From positions 175,312 to 239,311 of the forward strand of contig NMRA01000212.1 of assembly GCA_002633005.1 (NCBI GenBank): a stretch of 64,000 nucleotides of DNA. The letters are read 5' to 3'. The notes beneath the pieces are model-generated. The model did not search any database, was not told the origin of the DNA, and saw only the letters and a program-made list of their open reading frames with translations. The DNA is from Phoronis australis (lineage: Eukaryota > Animalia > Phoronida). Both the position numbers and the translations under genes were made by a program. Position 1 is the first letter of the stretch. Each line of letters opens with the position of its first letter. Of this stretch, positions 1-14,400 are shown piece by piece.

Positions 1-625
1 TCACACAACTTTGACAAAACCAGTAAATAACTCGAAAATTAGTAACTTGCTAAATGTAGCAAACTTTGGAACTAAAAATTTGTGTTAAAAAGCCCAGTAG
101 TTCTACCATCCAGTTTTTAACCTCTATAAAGATTAAATTTGGTCTGGACTGAGAAGCAGAAGTCAAACAGTCAGTTAGTCAAACATGGCGGCAATATATA
201 CCTGACTCAAAAAACTTATATTATGTCTGTGTGTAAGGGTGCATAATGACGTCATTTATGAAAACAAAATGTGTCAATGATTAAGTAAAATTTTACTATG
301 ATTCCATAACAATACAACAAAAGGTTCCGATTCACGAGGCAATGGAAGAGACATAATATAAATTGACGCTAATTCAATACATGCAATCTCTTCGTAATTT
401 GTGGATACACCAAATAAGTTAAATCAATAGGAAATATAAACCTTCATCACAACCAGATCTTTTGTCACCAGCAGTACTCACTCGTTTTTCTAATCTCATT
501 TAAAATTATCAGGAGTGTAAGCCAGCCATAATCGAGATTGGAAGGACGCGATTCCACTGTGAGTGAGCAGTATCTTCACAACAACTGTGAGTTGTGCAAC
601 ATCTAGATATAAAGATTAAGAACAA

Positions 626-860
626 GGCCCCATTGTATCAAAGGTTGTAAGTCCAATCAGTGATAGGCACATAATTAAAAACGTGATGCCGTGATTTTTA
701 ACAAGACCGAAATGTTGCAACAAACGTTTTAAGTTGATAGCTATTCTGTCAGATTTTAACGACCGCCTTCACGAGTCACGTTTAATAAATTGTGTTTAAA
801 TTAAAATCAAAGTTACGACTGTAAAAGACCAAACTTACAAACTTTAATGAAATGGGTCCC
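626..860. mobile_element. MITE with about 28-bp imperfect TIRs
   Basis: GGCCCCATTGTATCAAAGGTTGTAAGT at the left versus ACTTACAAACTTTAATGAAATGGGTCCC at the right. Confidence 0.6.
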
Positions 861-1829
861 AAGTGTTTGTGACACCCTCTTAACTAGTGAACCTACCTTC
901 TGTCAAAAAATTACCTTCGATATCGACCACTTACCAATTGGTCTCCAATCTTTCTATACCCAGATTCCAAGCTAACCCTGGGCTTGGTATAAAATCAGGC
1001 ATTTTGTTGTTGTTTTGATACCAAGCTCAATAAGTTAGCTTGACCCACAGGGTCACTAATTTTCTGAGCATGACCTCAAACATTTACCAACTGTCGGCTT
1101 TCCCAACTCCAGGAACCACAGACTTCTCAATACAATGAGGAACATTAGCCAAGACCACTTCATAATACAGGCAGTGTAGTGATCGTAATTAAAAGTAATG
1201 TTGCTTTTGACAGAAGGAAGGTTCACGATAGTTTTAAACAAGTTACCCTAAGTATGTCAATCCTTGACCTATTTAGCACACAATACGGTGGGCAAGTGCA
1301 ATTTGTTATTACAATTAAAACTCAACAAACATTTAGTTTTTAATTTTAGAAAATGTTACTCTTGTATTAGCACGGTTGCAAAGATATCATAAAACCTGGT
1401 AGGCAATTGGCCAATGAAAAATATCTTTGGCAATTCTTTGACCAAAATACAGTAGCTGCATGTCGTCAAAGTTGTTCATTGTCGCCTCTTCAAAAGAAGA
1501 TTAAGTACGCAAGTACTCATTTACAGAGTATTCCACAGTGTCTTCATTAGGCGACCCAAACAAAATGGCTAACGCACTTGCGAACAAAGCTAATCACAAC
1601 TCACTGACTCATGAGCCCACACTCACAGTGTGGTTTACACACATAAAAATCATGGCTTACAGTTTCACATTCACTAACAATTTGTACAAACAGCAAAGAG
1701 AGTGTAAGCCAAATTTACAGGTGCTAGAGCTGCTCTTGTGGATATGAGTGCATGCATGAGCAGTGCTACATGTTCATACTAAGCCCATGGGCCATTTTGT
1801 TTGGTTATTAGCCTGTTCAGTGTAAAATA

Positions 1830-4117
1830 CTCAACAGAACACTAAATACTGACAGTTCATCGACTCTTCAGCAGAACATAAAGTAGCCTGTCTTCACTGC
1901 AGTACCCTATTCAATAGCACACTTTTGAAGAACGTCTTAACTGTACCCTATTTAATTAACTGAGAATCTTTCTTGGGTTCAACAGAACACACAGAAGCAC
2001 GTCTTCACTGCATCCTATTCAATAGTATACTTTTGAAGCACATCTTCACTGTGCCCTATATAGCTATTCAGTAGAACACTAAATTGGATTTTGGTCTCCC
2101 TTGTGTTCAACACTTGGAACACACAGAAGCATGTCTTCATTGAATCCTGTTCAACAGAACACTTTTCAATTCTTTCTTCATTGTACCCTATTCAGTAGAA
2201 CACTTTATTGGTGGCATGTCTTCTTTGGGTTCAACAGAACTCGCAGAAGCATGTTTTCACCATGGCCTATTCAGTAGAACACTTAACTGGTGGTCACGGT
2301 GAGTATTCCTTCCGTTCAACAGAAGCACATCTTCACCATGCAATATTCAGTGGTAGAACACTTAATTGATGGTGATCCCTCCTTTGTGTTCAACACTACA
2401 CTGAGAATTTTGTCTTCACTGGATCCTTTTCAACAAAGCACCAAGTAGCATTTCTTCATTGTGTCCTACACAACAGAATACAAAATAATGTCTTCCACTG
2501 TATTCTCATTGGTAAAACACAGAGGAGTGTGTTTCCATGGTAATAGAGCACTATAGACAGTGTATCTTCATTATATGATCATATTAGACATAACACTTGG
2601 TGGCATACATCTGTTGTAACACTGTGAGCACTGAGTTGAGTGTCTTCGTTGCATCCTAGTCAATACAACACTATTAGGTATTGCCTTTTCATTTCATCCT
2701 ATTTTATAGGAAACTATAACCATAAGCACTTTCATATTGTATCCAGTTCCACAGAACACTATAAGCAGTTTGTCTTCAGCATATCCTATTCTATGCAATA
2801 CTTAGCGATGTGCTTTCATATCATCCTAATTCATAGGACACTAAACACGTGTTCATTGTATCCTGTTAGACAGAAGGCTGGAGTAATGTGTCTTTATCAG
2901 AGCAGGAACCCGTCTTCAGTGTTCTTTAACAGAACACATTTACTTGCCAAAATATCCAGTTCCACGAGGATTAATGGATGGAAGACGATAATGGCCAAAT
3001 GCATTCTTTGTTGCATGATTAGTCTGAAACACNGTAGAACACTTAATTAGCTGAGAATCTTCCTTGGGTTCAACAGAACACACAGAAGCACGTCTTCACT
3101 GCATCCTATTCAATAGTACACTTTTGAAGCACATCTTCACTGTGCCCTAGCTATTCAGTAGAACACTAAATTGGATTTTGGTCTCCCTTGTGTTCAACAC
3201 CTGGAACACACAGAAGCATGTCTTCATTGAATCCTGTTCAACAGAACACTTCAATTCTTTCTTCATTGTACCCTATTCAGTAGAACACTTTATTGGTGGC
3301 AAGTCTTCTTTGGGTTCAACAGAACTCGCAGAAGCATGTTTTCACTATGGCCTATTCAGTAGAACACTTCACTGGTGGTCACAGTGAGTATTCCTTCCGT
3401 TCAACAGAAGCACATCTTCGCCATGCAATATTCAGTGGTAGAACACTTAATTGATGGTGATCCCTCCTTTGTGTTCAACACTACACTGAGAATTTTGTCT
3501 TCACTGGATCCTATTCAACAAAGCACCAAGTAGCATTTCTTGATTGTGTCCTACACAACAGAATACACAATAATGTCTTCCACTGTATTCTCATTGGTAA
3601 AACACAGAGGAGTGTGTTTCCATGGTAATAGAGCACTATAGACAGTGTATCTTCATTATATGATCATATTAGACATAACACTTGGTGGCATACATCTGTT
3701 GTAACACTGTGAGCACTGAGTTGAGTGTCTTCATTGCATCCTATTCAATACAACACTATTAGGTATTGCCTTTTCATTTCATCCTATTTTATAGGAAACT
3801 ATAACCATAAACACTTTCATATAGTATCCAGTTCCACAGAACACTATAAGCAGTTTGTCTTCAGCGTATCCTATTCAATGCAATACTTAGCGATGTGCTT
3901 TCATTTCATCCTAATTCATAGGACACTAAACACGTGTTCATTGTATCCTGTTAGACAGAAGGCTGGAGTAATGTGTCTTTATCAGAGCAGGAACCCGTCT
4001 TCAGTGTTCTTTAACAGAACACATTTACTTGCCAAAATATCCAGTTCCACGAGGATTAATGGATGGAAGACGATAATGGCCAAATGCATTCTTTGTTGCA
4101 TGATTAGTCTGAAACAC
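1830..4117. repeat. Degenerate minisatellite (unit about 36 bp), itself duplicated across N3033 (1952-3032 / 3043-4117)
   Basis: Recurring CCTATTCAGTAGAACAC..GAAGCATGTCTTCA(C/T)TG. Confidence 0.85.
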
Positions 4118-4599
4118 AAAAGTAACGTACAAAACTAAATTCAACTGAAACGATGTTAAAAGGCTGAAACACTAAGCATGAGAGTTTGGTGAGTCGGACA
4201 TTTTTCGCGTGACTGGATTTCCCGCATCAGGCTGACCTGATTCTAGAATCGGGCCGTACACCAGTGGGAGCTGAAACCAGCTTGATCTATACCTGTTCAA
4301 ATTGGGGCGTCTGGTTCTAAATGTAGACGGCCTCTTGAACAGGGAAAAAGGGTTACAGATCCCAGCAGTGTACAACCTGATTCTAGAACCAGGTCAATCA
4401 CTCAGTGATTAAGGCCCTATGAAAAATCTTTTCCATTGAAACAATGATACAGTGAAAATGAGCAATGTTTTGCTTTCATCCACACTAAATTGACAGCGTA
4501 GCTGGGAAAGAACTTATGAGTTAAACCTGGAACATCAAACACAGGTGATGCTAATCAGTCATGCACAAAGATGAGACTAATAGATTATCAACAATTTGT

Positions 4600-5270
4600 T
4601 TTGACTCCAACACATATTCGAATCCATGAGATAATATCGATCAGGATAAAAGAAGGAAAAATGGTGCCTGATGGGTATGTGTAATGTGTAAAGATGGCAA
4701 CAATGAGGAATTTTAAGGTCATTGATGATTACAGGTGAGGGTAAATAAAATGTGGTATGAGTATGGAAGACAAGTATGATATGGGTGATTTTTACGATTG
4801 ATAAGTACAAAATAAGGTTAAATATGGTAAGAGTATTGATAGAAAAGATGACATATGGATGTACCAATGTCAAGTGTGGAGTGTATAAGTGAAGATGAAG
4901 TGAGTAAGATGAAGTTTGATTGTAAAGTAAATGTGGTGTGGGTAATGATGAAGAGTACGAAATGGGTGAACCACATGACTTGTTTAAAAGATACAAAGAT
5001 ATGTAGTCACCATGATGACGATGAGGATGATAAATTAGATGCATTAGGTTATAGTAGATACAGAAAATGACAGCGGTAAGGTTAATGACGATGAAAAACT
5101 GAAATGAAATAGGACTGCAAGAATATGACATAGGACAGGTAAGGAGTTTAAAGTAATGCTGATGAGTCAAAAAGATGGTTGATAGGCGGAAATAGGTAAT
5201 GATGAGTACAAGGATTGTGATAAGGGTGCCTGGCAACAGTGAGAATAAAATGGGTAAAGTTGACATGAAC
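4600..5270. repeat. Purine-rich, highly degenerate tandem/low-complexity tract
   Basis: GATGAGTACAAAATGGGTGA-like motifs recur and C is strongly depleted on the plus strand. Confidence 0.7.
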
Positions 5271-5475
5271 ATACAGTGGACATATTTTTTCAGTTATTTG
5301 GCCTTCTGTAATAAATATTAAGAAAGGATTGTCTGAAACTCTTTGATATGTTTCTTGAATTTATTTTTAAAAGATGACACTTTCACCATCCCAGTCTTAT
5401 GTGACTAATTACTACGGAATCAAGACTGTAGTTGAAGCAATTATCAAGATGATAACTTTTACGAAGCAGACTTAC

Positions 5476-8400
5476 CTTTGTTTTAAATTTATAGCTATTT
5501 GTAATGCTAGGAAGAACATGATCTTTTGAGAGAACACCCGTAGTTGGAAATGCAGCAGTAGACTTCACTGTACTTTGCTCTGGCGCGACCTCAGGAAGTA
5601 ATGGCTTTCCATGGACCACACTCAATTTTTTTCGATAACGCCTCTGAAAAATAATATTTCCGAAATTCATTTTTCACTAATTATACATCTAGTTGATTTC
5701 AATCAGCAGTGACAAGGAAACACGCAAATGGTGAACTATACAATTCCACTATTAGACATTTAGACATGGAACTGTCACTAATTAAGAGAGCAGATATGAA
5801 TGCCTGAAGTTATTAACTTTAAATTAATAACATTTTTTCATAGATTTAATACCTTTACAATTGTTTTGTTTATGTCGTGAAATCAGTGCATTTAATTGCC
5901 ACCCTCAGCAGTCAGCACATATCAAATGTGCTCGAATTACAACAGGAAGTAAATTGACAAAAATCAGAGTTGTTCGGCAAAAATCAGGCATGGTCGGACC
6001 ATGAAACACATACCACCAGTGTTTACGATCATCTGCATTCTCCATAAGTAAGAACAATTCAGTTAGAGTGAGTTAAGATGAGCAAACCAAAATTCAAATA
6101 TATCTGAATAGATTATGAACTTGGATAAACATTTTTGACTGGAGAGTCGACATCAGAATTACTGATGAATGATAGAAAAAATGCCAGCCTTAGGTCATCT
6201 GAAGTGGCAATGCATCGCTAAAGGTTAATGTATAGCACAATACCCAGCGAATGGTGTAAATTTACGGAAGACATGGAATAGGTAATTTATGTACTATCAA
6301 AGGTGAGAATGGCTCGGCATTTTTTGTTTTGTTGACAACATCTGATGCAGCAGACTCATATCCATTGCTCTACATGAACATCACTGATTCTGTGAGATAA
6401 AAGCAAAGTGGATTTTCCTCCAACTTCTGTTGACGTCATGATGCTAACCAGTCATCGCACAGCGAGAAACCGCTTGATGTTAGTAAGCCCTCGTACTAGT
6501 CTTACATGTACAGGGATATAGACCTTATGTGACAAATTAATTAATAACTACAACAAGATGCTAATTTTGTCCCATTTCTCCACCTCCAACTCATAACATA
6601 CAAGAGTACGACAAGAATGGTGGATACCAGACTCTGGTCAACCTGTATAAAATTTATGACCAATTTTACCTTCTTTTTTGTCCTCTGATTTAGTTGCATC
6701 ACAGAATCTACTTGAGGAGGCCAGGATGGTTCATACTTCGTAGACTTGTACCCTGTAGGTTCACCCATTTTGTTGTTGTTTGTATCAATAGATGGCACAT
6801 GAGGAAGGGGAATATCATGTTTGTCGGAATGTCTGGAATAATCAAAGAACTATGTAAAAGAGCTGAGACAGCAAACATGCACTATAAACCTGAGACAGGC
6901 TACGCAAAAGTTTTCCACTGGCTAGTCACCCAAGGCAGTTCATCTGCAGGGAGTCATCCAAGGGAGTTTGTTTGCAGTCAGTCACACAAGGCAGCTCATT
7001 AACAGCCAGTCACCCAAAAGCAGTTCATTTGCAGCTAGTCACCCAAGGCAGTTTGTTTGCAGGCACTCACCCAAGGCAGTTCATTTGCAGCCAGTCATCC
7101 AAGGTCGTTCATTTGCAGCTTGGCACACAAAGCAGTTTATTTGCAACCAGACAAACAAGGCAGTTCATCGGTAGCCAGCCACCCAAGACAGTTCATTTCA
7201 GTTATCCACCTACTTTCTATTTGTCTTGGAGCCACCCACTTGGTAAAATATTTGTGAACTGTACTGAAGGTATTAAGAGTGCAATCAACCAAGGCAATCA
7301 AACTTGAAGATTTTTAACAAATCATGGAATTGAAAAAATTCTTCACAATACCTACTTTGAAACAAAAAAAAGTATGTTCACCTTAATTCCTTAAAATAGG
7401 GATGTTTCAGAGCTTGTTTGGCTGTTATTCTTTCATCTGGATCATATGTACACATTTGATAGATTAGTTCTATCGCTTGACTTGAGCAGTGCTTTAAGCG
7501 TGTCTCTATTCCAGTTCCTGTCTTTGACGGAAAGTTAAAATTGATTCCCCGTGTTTTACTGAAACAAAAAATAACAGAAATAAATCTTACAACTCAAAAT
7601 AAATAGGAATGTGCCTCTAATACATCAAAATATTGGTACTAATTAGTTCAAAGAATAACGGCCTTATGGACGATGTGAAATGGGCATAATCAAGAACCTA
7701 GACCAAATGATGGCAAAAACATAGTTGAGTAAAAAAGTGATCAAATATTTGTTACACGTAAGTATAATTTGGCACCCAGAGCCCATGATGCTGTACAATA
7801 GTGACATTGTACCAATCCATTACCTGACATGAATCCTCCCTCCATGACAAATCATATCAGAAATAGAACTTAATATGAAAAAGTCCTCGGATGCAAGAAG
7901 TACATTAAACCAGTAACAACAACACAAAACAAAGCAAAACTAGTGCAAGTATAAATAAGGCAACATTTGACTTAGGGCTGTTCCAGTAAAATCTGTATGG
8001 GAGGGGGGGGGAAGGCACCTTTTTTTCGCACCCACCACCCATATTTTTTATTTATTTCTTCAGCCTACCACCCGTAATTTTTTATAAGTTTGAAATGCAA
8101 CCACCCGTAATTTCTTTTTGTTCTTGTGGTTGACTGCACAGGCGCTTGAGTTTATCTGTTCCTCCATCATCACTAACGTCATTCATTACTAAGAAAACAT
8201 GTTTCTTATATATGGTTATTAGCCATCGAGAAATTCGAGCACCTGTGGTTAAATGGTGTTATGGGCATGCCGATAAGGAGATCAGAGGGAGTGAAAAAGT
8301 CGGAGCTTTTTGCANGTCTTTGATGGAAAGTTAAAATTGATTCCCCGTGTTTTACTGAAACAAAAAATAACAGAAATAAATCTTACAACTCAAAATAAAT

Positions 8401-11400
8401 AGGAATGTGCCTCTAATTCATCAAAATATTGGTACTAATTAGTTCAAAGAATATCGGCCTTATGGACGATGTGAAATGGGCATAATCAAGAACCTAAACC
8501 AAATGATGGCAAAAACATAGTTGAGTAAAAAAGTGATCAAATATTTGTTACACGTAAGTATAATTTGGCACCCAGAGCCCATGATGCTGTACAATAGTGA
8601 CATTGTACCAATCCATTACCTGACATGAATCCCCCCTCCATGACAAATCATATCAGAAATAGAACTTAATATGAAAAAGTCCTCGGATGCAAGAAGTACA
8701 TTAAACCAGTAATACCAACACAAAACAAAGCAAAACTAGTGCAAGTATAAATAAAGCAACATTTGACTTATCTGAAGGGCCAAATGCATTGACAAAAGCA
8801 ACCGTACTGTGAGACTTTGTTCAAGTTAAGCACAGGTCTCAATAATAGTTTTACTGTAAATACCCAATATGAAATTTAAATTGCCCTGGAACAGCATTAT
8901 ATACTGTTGACATCACATACCTTAAGTCTGATTACTGTAAACGAACATTACACTTGCAGTGAATTCAATGTTCTGTGGACAAAAATTTGTTTAAAACAAG
9001 CAAACATAATGCATAAATTATAGCCTCTATCTTACTTTTTAAATTTGTTCAGAACACTAGCACTAGGTGTTCCCAGAACATCATGAATCTTTGCTATCTG
9101 GTCGACCTCATTTGAGCCAGGGAACAATGGATGCAAGCTGAAACAGACAATAACATTGATGTGAATGTCACATCAACCAATTCCACTAAAACTTGACAAG
9201 GCTGAGCAGTGAACTGGGTTGTGTTTACCCCAGCCTAGCGTGTATTAAGTTATGTACACCTTATTTACCACAAGAATTCCCAGACATCAAGCCTCCGATA
9301 ACTGCATCAGAGCTCCACAAAAACCCTCCAGTGGCTTGGCCTGCGCTCCCCATGGAAATACAAAATAAATGCTAAAACACGACAAATATGCAATGACTTT
9401 GTGAATGCATATTCATGTTCTTCATCACATCATGAAGTGCTACCTTGCATTTTACAACAAGCATTACCAGTTGAGGTTACAGTAGGCACTAATACCAAAG
9501 AGCCTGGACTTTTAAGACTAGCTTATTATGTTTGGGATCATCGAACAGAGATGGTTGTCAGTGATAACCACTGCCTATTCCTCACCATTTTAGACACCGT
9601 GGACTACAAAAATTAAATCCATCATTGAAGATCGAACTTTTTCATTGTTTGAACAGCAAAAATTGGTTAACAACAACCAATTTAAAGAAATAATAAATGT
9701 GCATTACAACTGCAGTTCCACAGTTGATTTGTCCCAACCTGTATTATGTAATCTGCTTGAGCAACACAATGGCACTGCTGGACTCAAGTACAACATCACT
9801 TATCAGAATAATCTTAATACCCTCAAAGAATGCAGTCAAATGGGGGAGCACCTTAGAAACCGAAAATTCATCACCATATATCTGGGAATTCTTCCTCTTT
9901 TGACTTTTTACTAAAATGCATTTATTCTAACAGCACTTGTGATTTGACAATGTTTGACTACCAATATAGTGCCACAATATTAGACATCAACAGTCTATGA
10001 TACTTGGGGGTAAAACGTGGAATAAGATGCCTGTTGTAAAGAATGGTTGTAACCCATGCTTAAAATTACCAAAAGGACTGAACCAAAACTTACCTGAGTA
10101 TTTCAAAAAAGACACATCCAATACTCCAAATGTCCATTTTATATGAATAATACCCATCAGTGAGTAAGCATTCAGGTGCCCTGTACCTGAAAATCAAACA
10201 ATAAATACCAATAAGAACTGATTAATAGGTTTGAAAGTTAAAACAGGAGCCCATCACGAAAGATATGCACATACTAATTCATGGCCAGTGAATGATTCAC
10301 AAAGTTCTGTGATTCTTCAGTGATTTTGAACTTGAAAATTCAAATAAATTTAACTGTCAACTGTAGAAAAGTCCTTTCACATTTTGTCAAATAAATCTTT
10401 AACTCATTCGACCCTGAGCACCATATGGAATAAATTGCTTAGTGGCCTGGCTGAGCTGTGGAATGTCTACCCCCTTGAAGTCGGAGGGTATTTCACTCAG
10501 AACTAGGTCACAAGCACTGCACATAATTAAAACCTCATCACTCAGTCATTAGTAAACATATACTTACCAAATTTTCTGCAATACATCTTCAGTAAATGAG
10601 CTTCATGTTGATATAAAATTTATCCAAGTTCAATATCGATAAAGGGTTGAACAAGTAGTTTTACTTTTTGTTTTCCAGAAACAAAGACGTTTGTTTACAA
10701 ATAATCCATTTAAATTTCCAGAAAGCTGTCAAGAACGTTTTCTGAGTAGCATATCCTCATCATAAACTAGATCATTGAAATCTGTATCTAAATCTGACCA
10801 CTCAGTGTCATCAGTATCCACACTATCATATCCATAATCACTGAAGTCTATATCTAAATGTGACCAGTGTCATCAGTATCCACACTATCGTCCATAATAA
10901 AAACTTCAAGAACTGTGAGAGAGCAGCAGAGATGATGTCCGTATAATATCGAGGCAGCAATTTCAAGTGAGTGTGTGCACAGTGCAAGTCACAGAGTAGA
11001 ATGTTCCTAGTAATTGAACATTTTGTTATTGTTTCTGGTCAGTTCAAATAAAATAAACAGGAGCACCCTAGCAGATGATTAAGTGGTGACAGCAGTGTTA
11101 TGTAACACCAATTAGACTCCAATTCTGGGCAATTATCTTCATTCTAGTCTTCAAATCAAACAAACATACTATATTTCAGGGAGGAACATCTTTATAACCT
11201 TTCAAAAGTTACCACTACAAAGTTAACACGCTTCCTGGTTTTTCCTTGAATTGATAATTTGCTTGTGAAGAAATGGTTCTAAATTCCAGAAATAACAGCC
11301 AATAGGCATTAACTTCACAAACAAGAAGTTAACACAGAGTGTGGTGTCTCAATTCTCATTGGATAGAAAACTGGGAATACCCTAGATATATTTAAACTTA

Positions 11401-14400
11401 AACCAATAAATTGCTGCCTTCTATCCCTCCTGAAGGCGTGATCCGCCTGTGAGATACATTCTTAGATAACGCCTCCAGACGGCATCAGGCCCTGAGTGAA
11501 AATAAACAGTCACGCCATCAGGCGGGATCAGGGACGAATGAGTTAACTGGTGTCTATTTAATACCCATAAAGTACACATTTTCTGAGTTCTCAAGGACTA
11601 AAAATTGTTAATCATCTCTTGAACTATCGCAATTTGTAATTACCCGACTGTTATTTTTGTAAAACTTGCCACGTTTATTTTGAATATAAATTTCTAAAAC
11701 AAACTAAATTACAGTTGTTTTTGTGTCCGGACTAACATGCAACAAACTGTGTTTCATGTTTTTATTTACTCTCAAACAACATAGATATCAGCCATCAATA
11801 TTCCTTTTTAAAACAATGTCCCATCCAATATTTTCGTTGTTCGAAAGAAAATAAAAATATGAGACACAACTCGTTTAGCAGTAGATTATGAAATAAGTGC
11901 ACACATTTCATGCAAATCTACCCACACAATAAAGAGAAATTGAAGTTCAGAAGGACACTTAAAATCCTTAACCAACATACCACCGAGTTGAAATGTACTC
12001 CGTATAAGGCTGCTTTGAATAGATACTTCTGCATGATCCAAAGTCCCCAAGTTTCAAAACATCCTCCTGTAACAACAGATTCAGTGACAACGGGTTAGGG
12101 TTGGAAATTAACTTTAAATTTCCTAAAAACATATCTGTAATAATGTTGTTAATAAAAAGTAAGAGACATCAGTACTTAAGTTGCATTAAGTTCTCACAGA
12201 CTATATCTCTATCAAATAACTATAGATATATTCTCATGCTAAACAATTGTATTGAATATTTTATGTATGTTTATCAGTAAATATTCAGACTAGACATATC
12301 TAAGAATATTCAAGTTGACATTTGTATTAGGCTGTTTTGAGACTAGACATTTCTATGGAATATTTAACTTTATGTGTATTGGAGTCTATGGAATAAATTA
12401 CTTGTGTGTATTGAGGGTACTTAGGCTATAAATGTTTATTAGGAGGTTTTCAGGCTAGACCTTTCTATGGAATATTTAACTTTTGCGTATTGGACTGCAC
12501 TTAAGCTAGATATGTCTATGGAATATACAACTTGCAATGTATTGAATGCATATAGGCTAGATATGTCTATGAAATACACTACTTGCATGTAGTGATTGTA
12601 TATAGACTAGATAATTCTATGGAATGTACCACTTGTGTGTATTTAGTTTACTTAAGCTAGATACGTCTATAGAATATATTACTTGTTTGCATTGAGTGTA
12701 CTTAGGCTAGATATGTCTATGGATTATATCAATCGTGTGTATTGAGAATTGTTCTTCCACAAAACAACTCAATCTGTTTCATGACCAGTGTCTTGGTATG
12801 CCCTAAGTTAACTTCTGTGTAGAATCCTTTACATATTATGTGTATTAGGAAATTCTTAGGTTTGACATCACTGTGGAATACTCCACTAAAGTGTGTTGGG
12901 ATGTCCTTAGGTTTATGTTATTTATTTTATCACATTACTGAGTCAGACATCTCCTTGAATATTTTATCAATATGACTTTGTACTGCTTAAGTAAAATATC
13001 TTATAGAATAAATTTAAAAGTACTATAAGTAAGATCTGTAACTAGATATCTCAATGGAATATTTTGCTTATAAAGTGCATAAGGAAGTTGCAGACAGTAG
13101 CATACTTACATTAATCAAGATGTTTTCAGGCTTCACATCCCTATGGAATATTCCATTCCTGAAACAAGTCCACATATGTCAAGATTCCTATAACTACACC
13201 TTCGAAAACTATTTCAACAAATTTCAAAATTGTGTAACAATCTTTAATGATTTTTAAAGTAAATCAATAATGAAAGGAAACTTTTGGAACTTCTCTACAT
13301 TTACAAAAATTTTTCACTTATTTCGCATAAAAGCAATTGCTAAAATTGTCATTTTCCATATCTCAAAAGACTTGTTGCAAATAATGGAATCTTTCTCAAA
13401 TGTTGTTTTAAGATGCACCACAACTATAGAGTAAGATGCTCATAACATGTATTTTTATGGCAAAATTTGACAAAATAAAATTCCACTTGTCTCCTCTATG
13501 CGTGCCAAATAGGTGAAGAATTGCCTTTAATTGACAAACTACATGAAAAAACAAATAAGCATGTATCGAAATTATAATTATCCAAACTGTGACGTGTTCT
13601 TGGGCAAGTTTCAATGTGCAGTCGAACGTATAACCAGGCAGTTTATTCAATAACATACCTATGCATGTGGTCCAAAGATTTCAGGAGCTGAAACATGTAG
13701 TTCTTGACTTTGCTTTCTGGTAAATACTGTCTTCTTCCTGAATAATAACATATTACCTGACTATCCTGATGGAATTCATTTAATGGTCTCCACAGTAGCA
13801 GCTAGATAATATAGCGAGTTATTCAAAAATTAGACTCATGTTTCACAATGTGGATGATTTATGTTTCACAGCAAACACTGACCAAAGTGGTTGTTGGAGA
13901 TTACAAACCAGTCAAAGAACAATTTCTTTTTAAGACTGGGATTGACTGTCAGATGCAAATATTACCTCGTATTAATTCATAGATATTCCTGTCCATCAGC
14001 TCACAGACCAACACCAGCATTCCAGTCTTTTTGTCGCTGAAAATTAGAAAATAAAATTTGTCACAATAACATGCACATACACTCCATTGACCCTCAAATA
14101 TTTTATTCACACATAAATGGCATCGAGATTACTAACAGGCCTACTTAAAGTTAACCAATCTTAAGAACATCTACACTGTGCACACTTCCTGCACAATGCT
14201 ATACAATTGAATCGATTTTTTTAATCTTTCCGAGTCTTTGCTACCTTGACAAACCTGATAGTTAATGCGCACTTGTAGCCTATCTGGGCATTTGCTTCTC
14301 ATATTTGGAGTCTTCAGAACCAGATAAACAAGAGTTATTTGCCAGATTTAAAGCAAAAATGGACTCAAACAATGAACATAAAAACAAGAAAAAGATTACT

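Noticed and set aside
2640-4138. Twin 136/137-aa ORFs
   Set aside because: They lie in a degenerate minisatellite region duplicated across N3033 and show no protein motifs.
4172-4375. ORF as the MOK terminal exon
   Set aside because: No convincing phase-0 acceptor and no recognisable MOK C-terminal similarity, so the true 3' end is left unresolved.
4577-5272. 231-aa minus-strand ORF, the longest in the track
   Set aside because: It is the antisense reading of a purine-rich degenerate repeat. The I/L/H/Y/S-biased composition and lack of motifs point to a chance open frame.
6260-6370. Possible alternative terminal MOK exon ([14 protein letters not shown])
   Set aside because: The acceptor is weak and there is no homology support. 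It cannot be distinguished from intron without transcripts.
6694-7307. Overlapping plus-strand ORFs of 66-111 aa
   Set aside because: They are products of the 28-bp minisatellite and lie antisense to MOK.
8316-8355. Extra MOK exon (second copy of the exon 10 start)
   Set aside because: It is truncated at N8315 and part of an allelic duplication.
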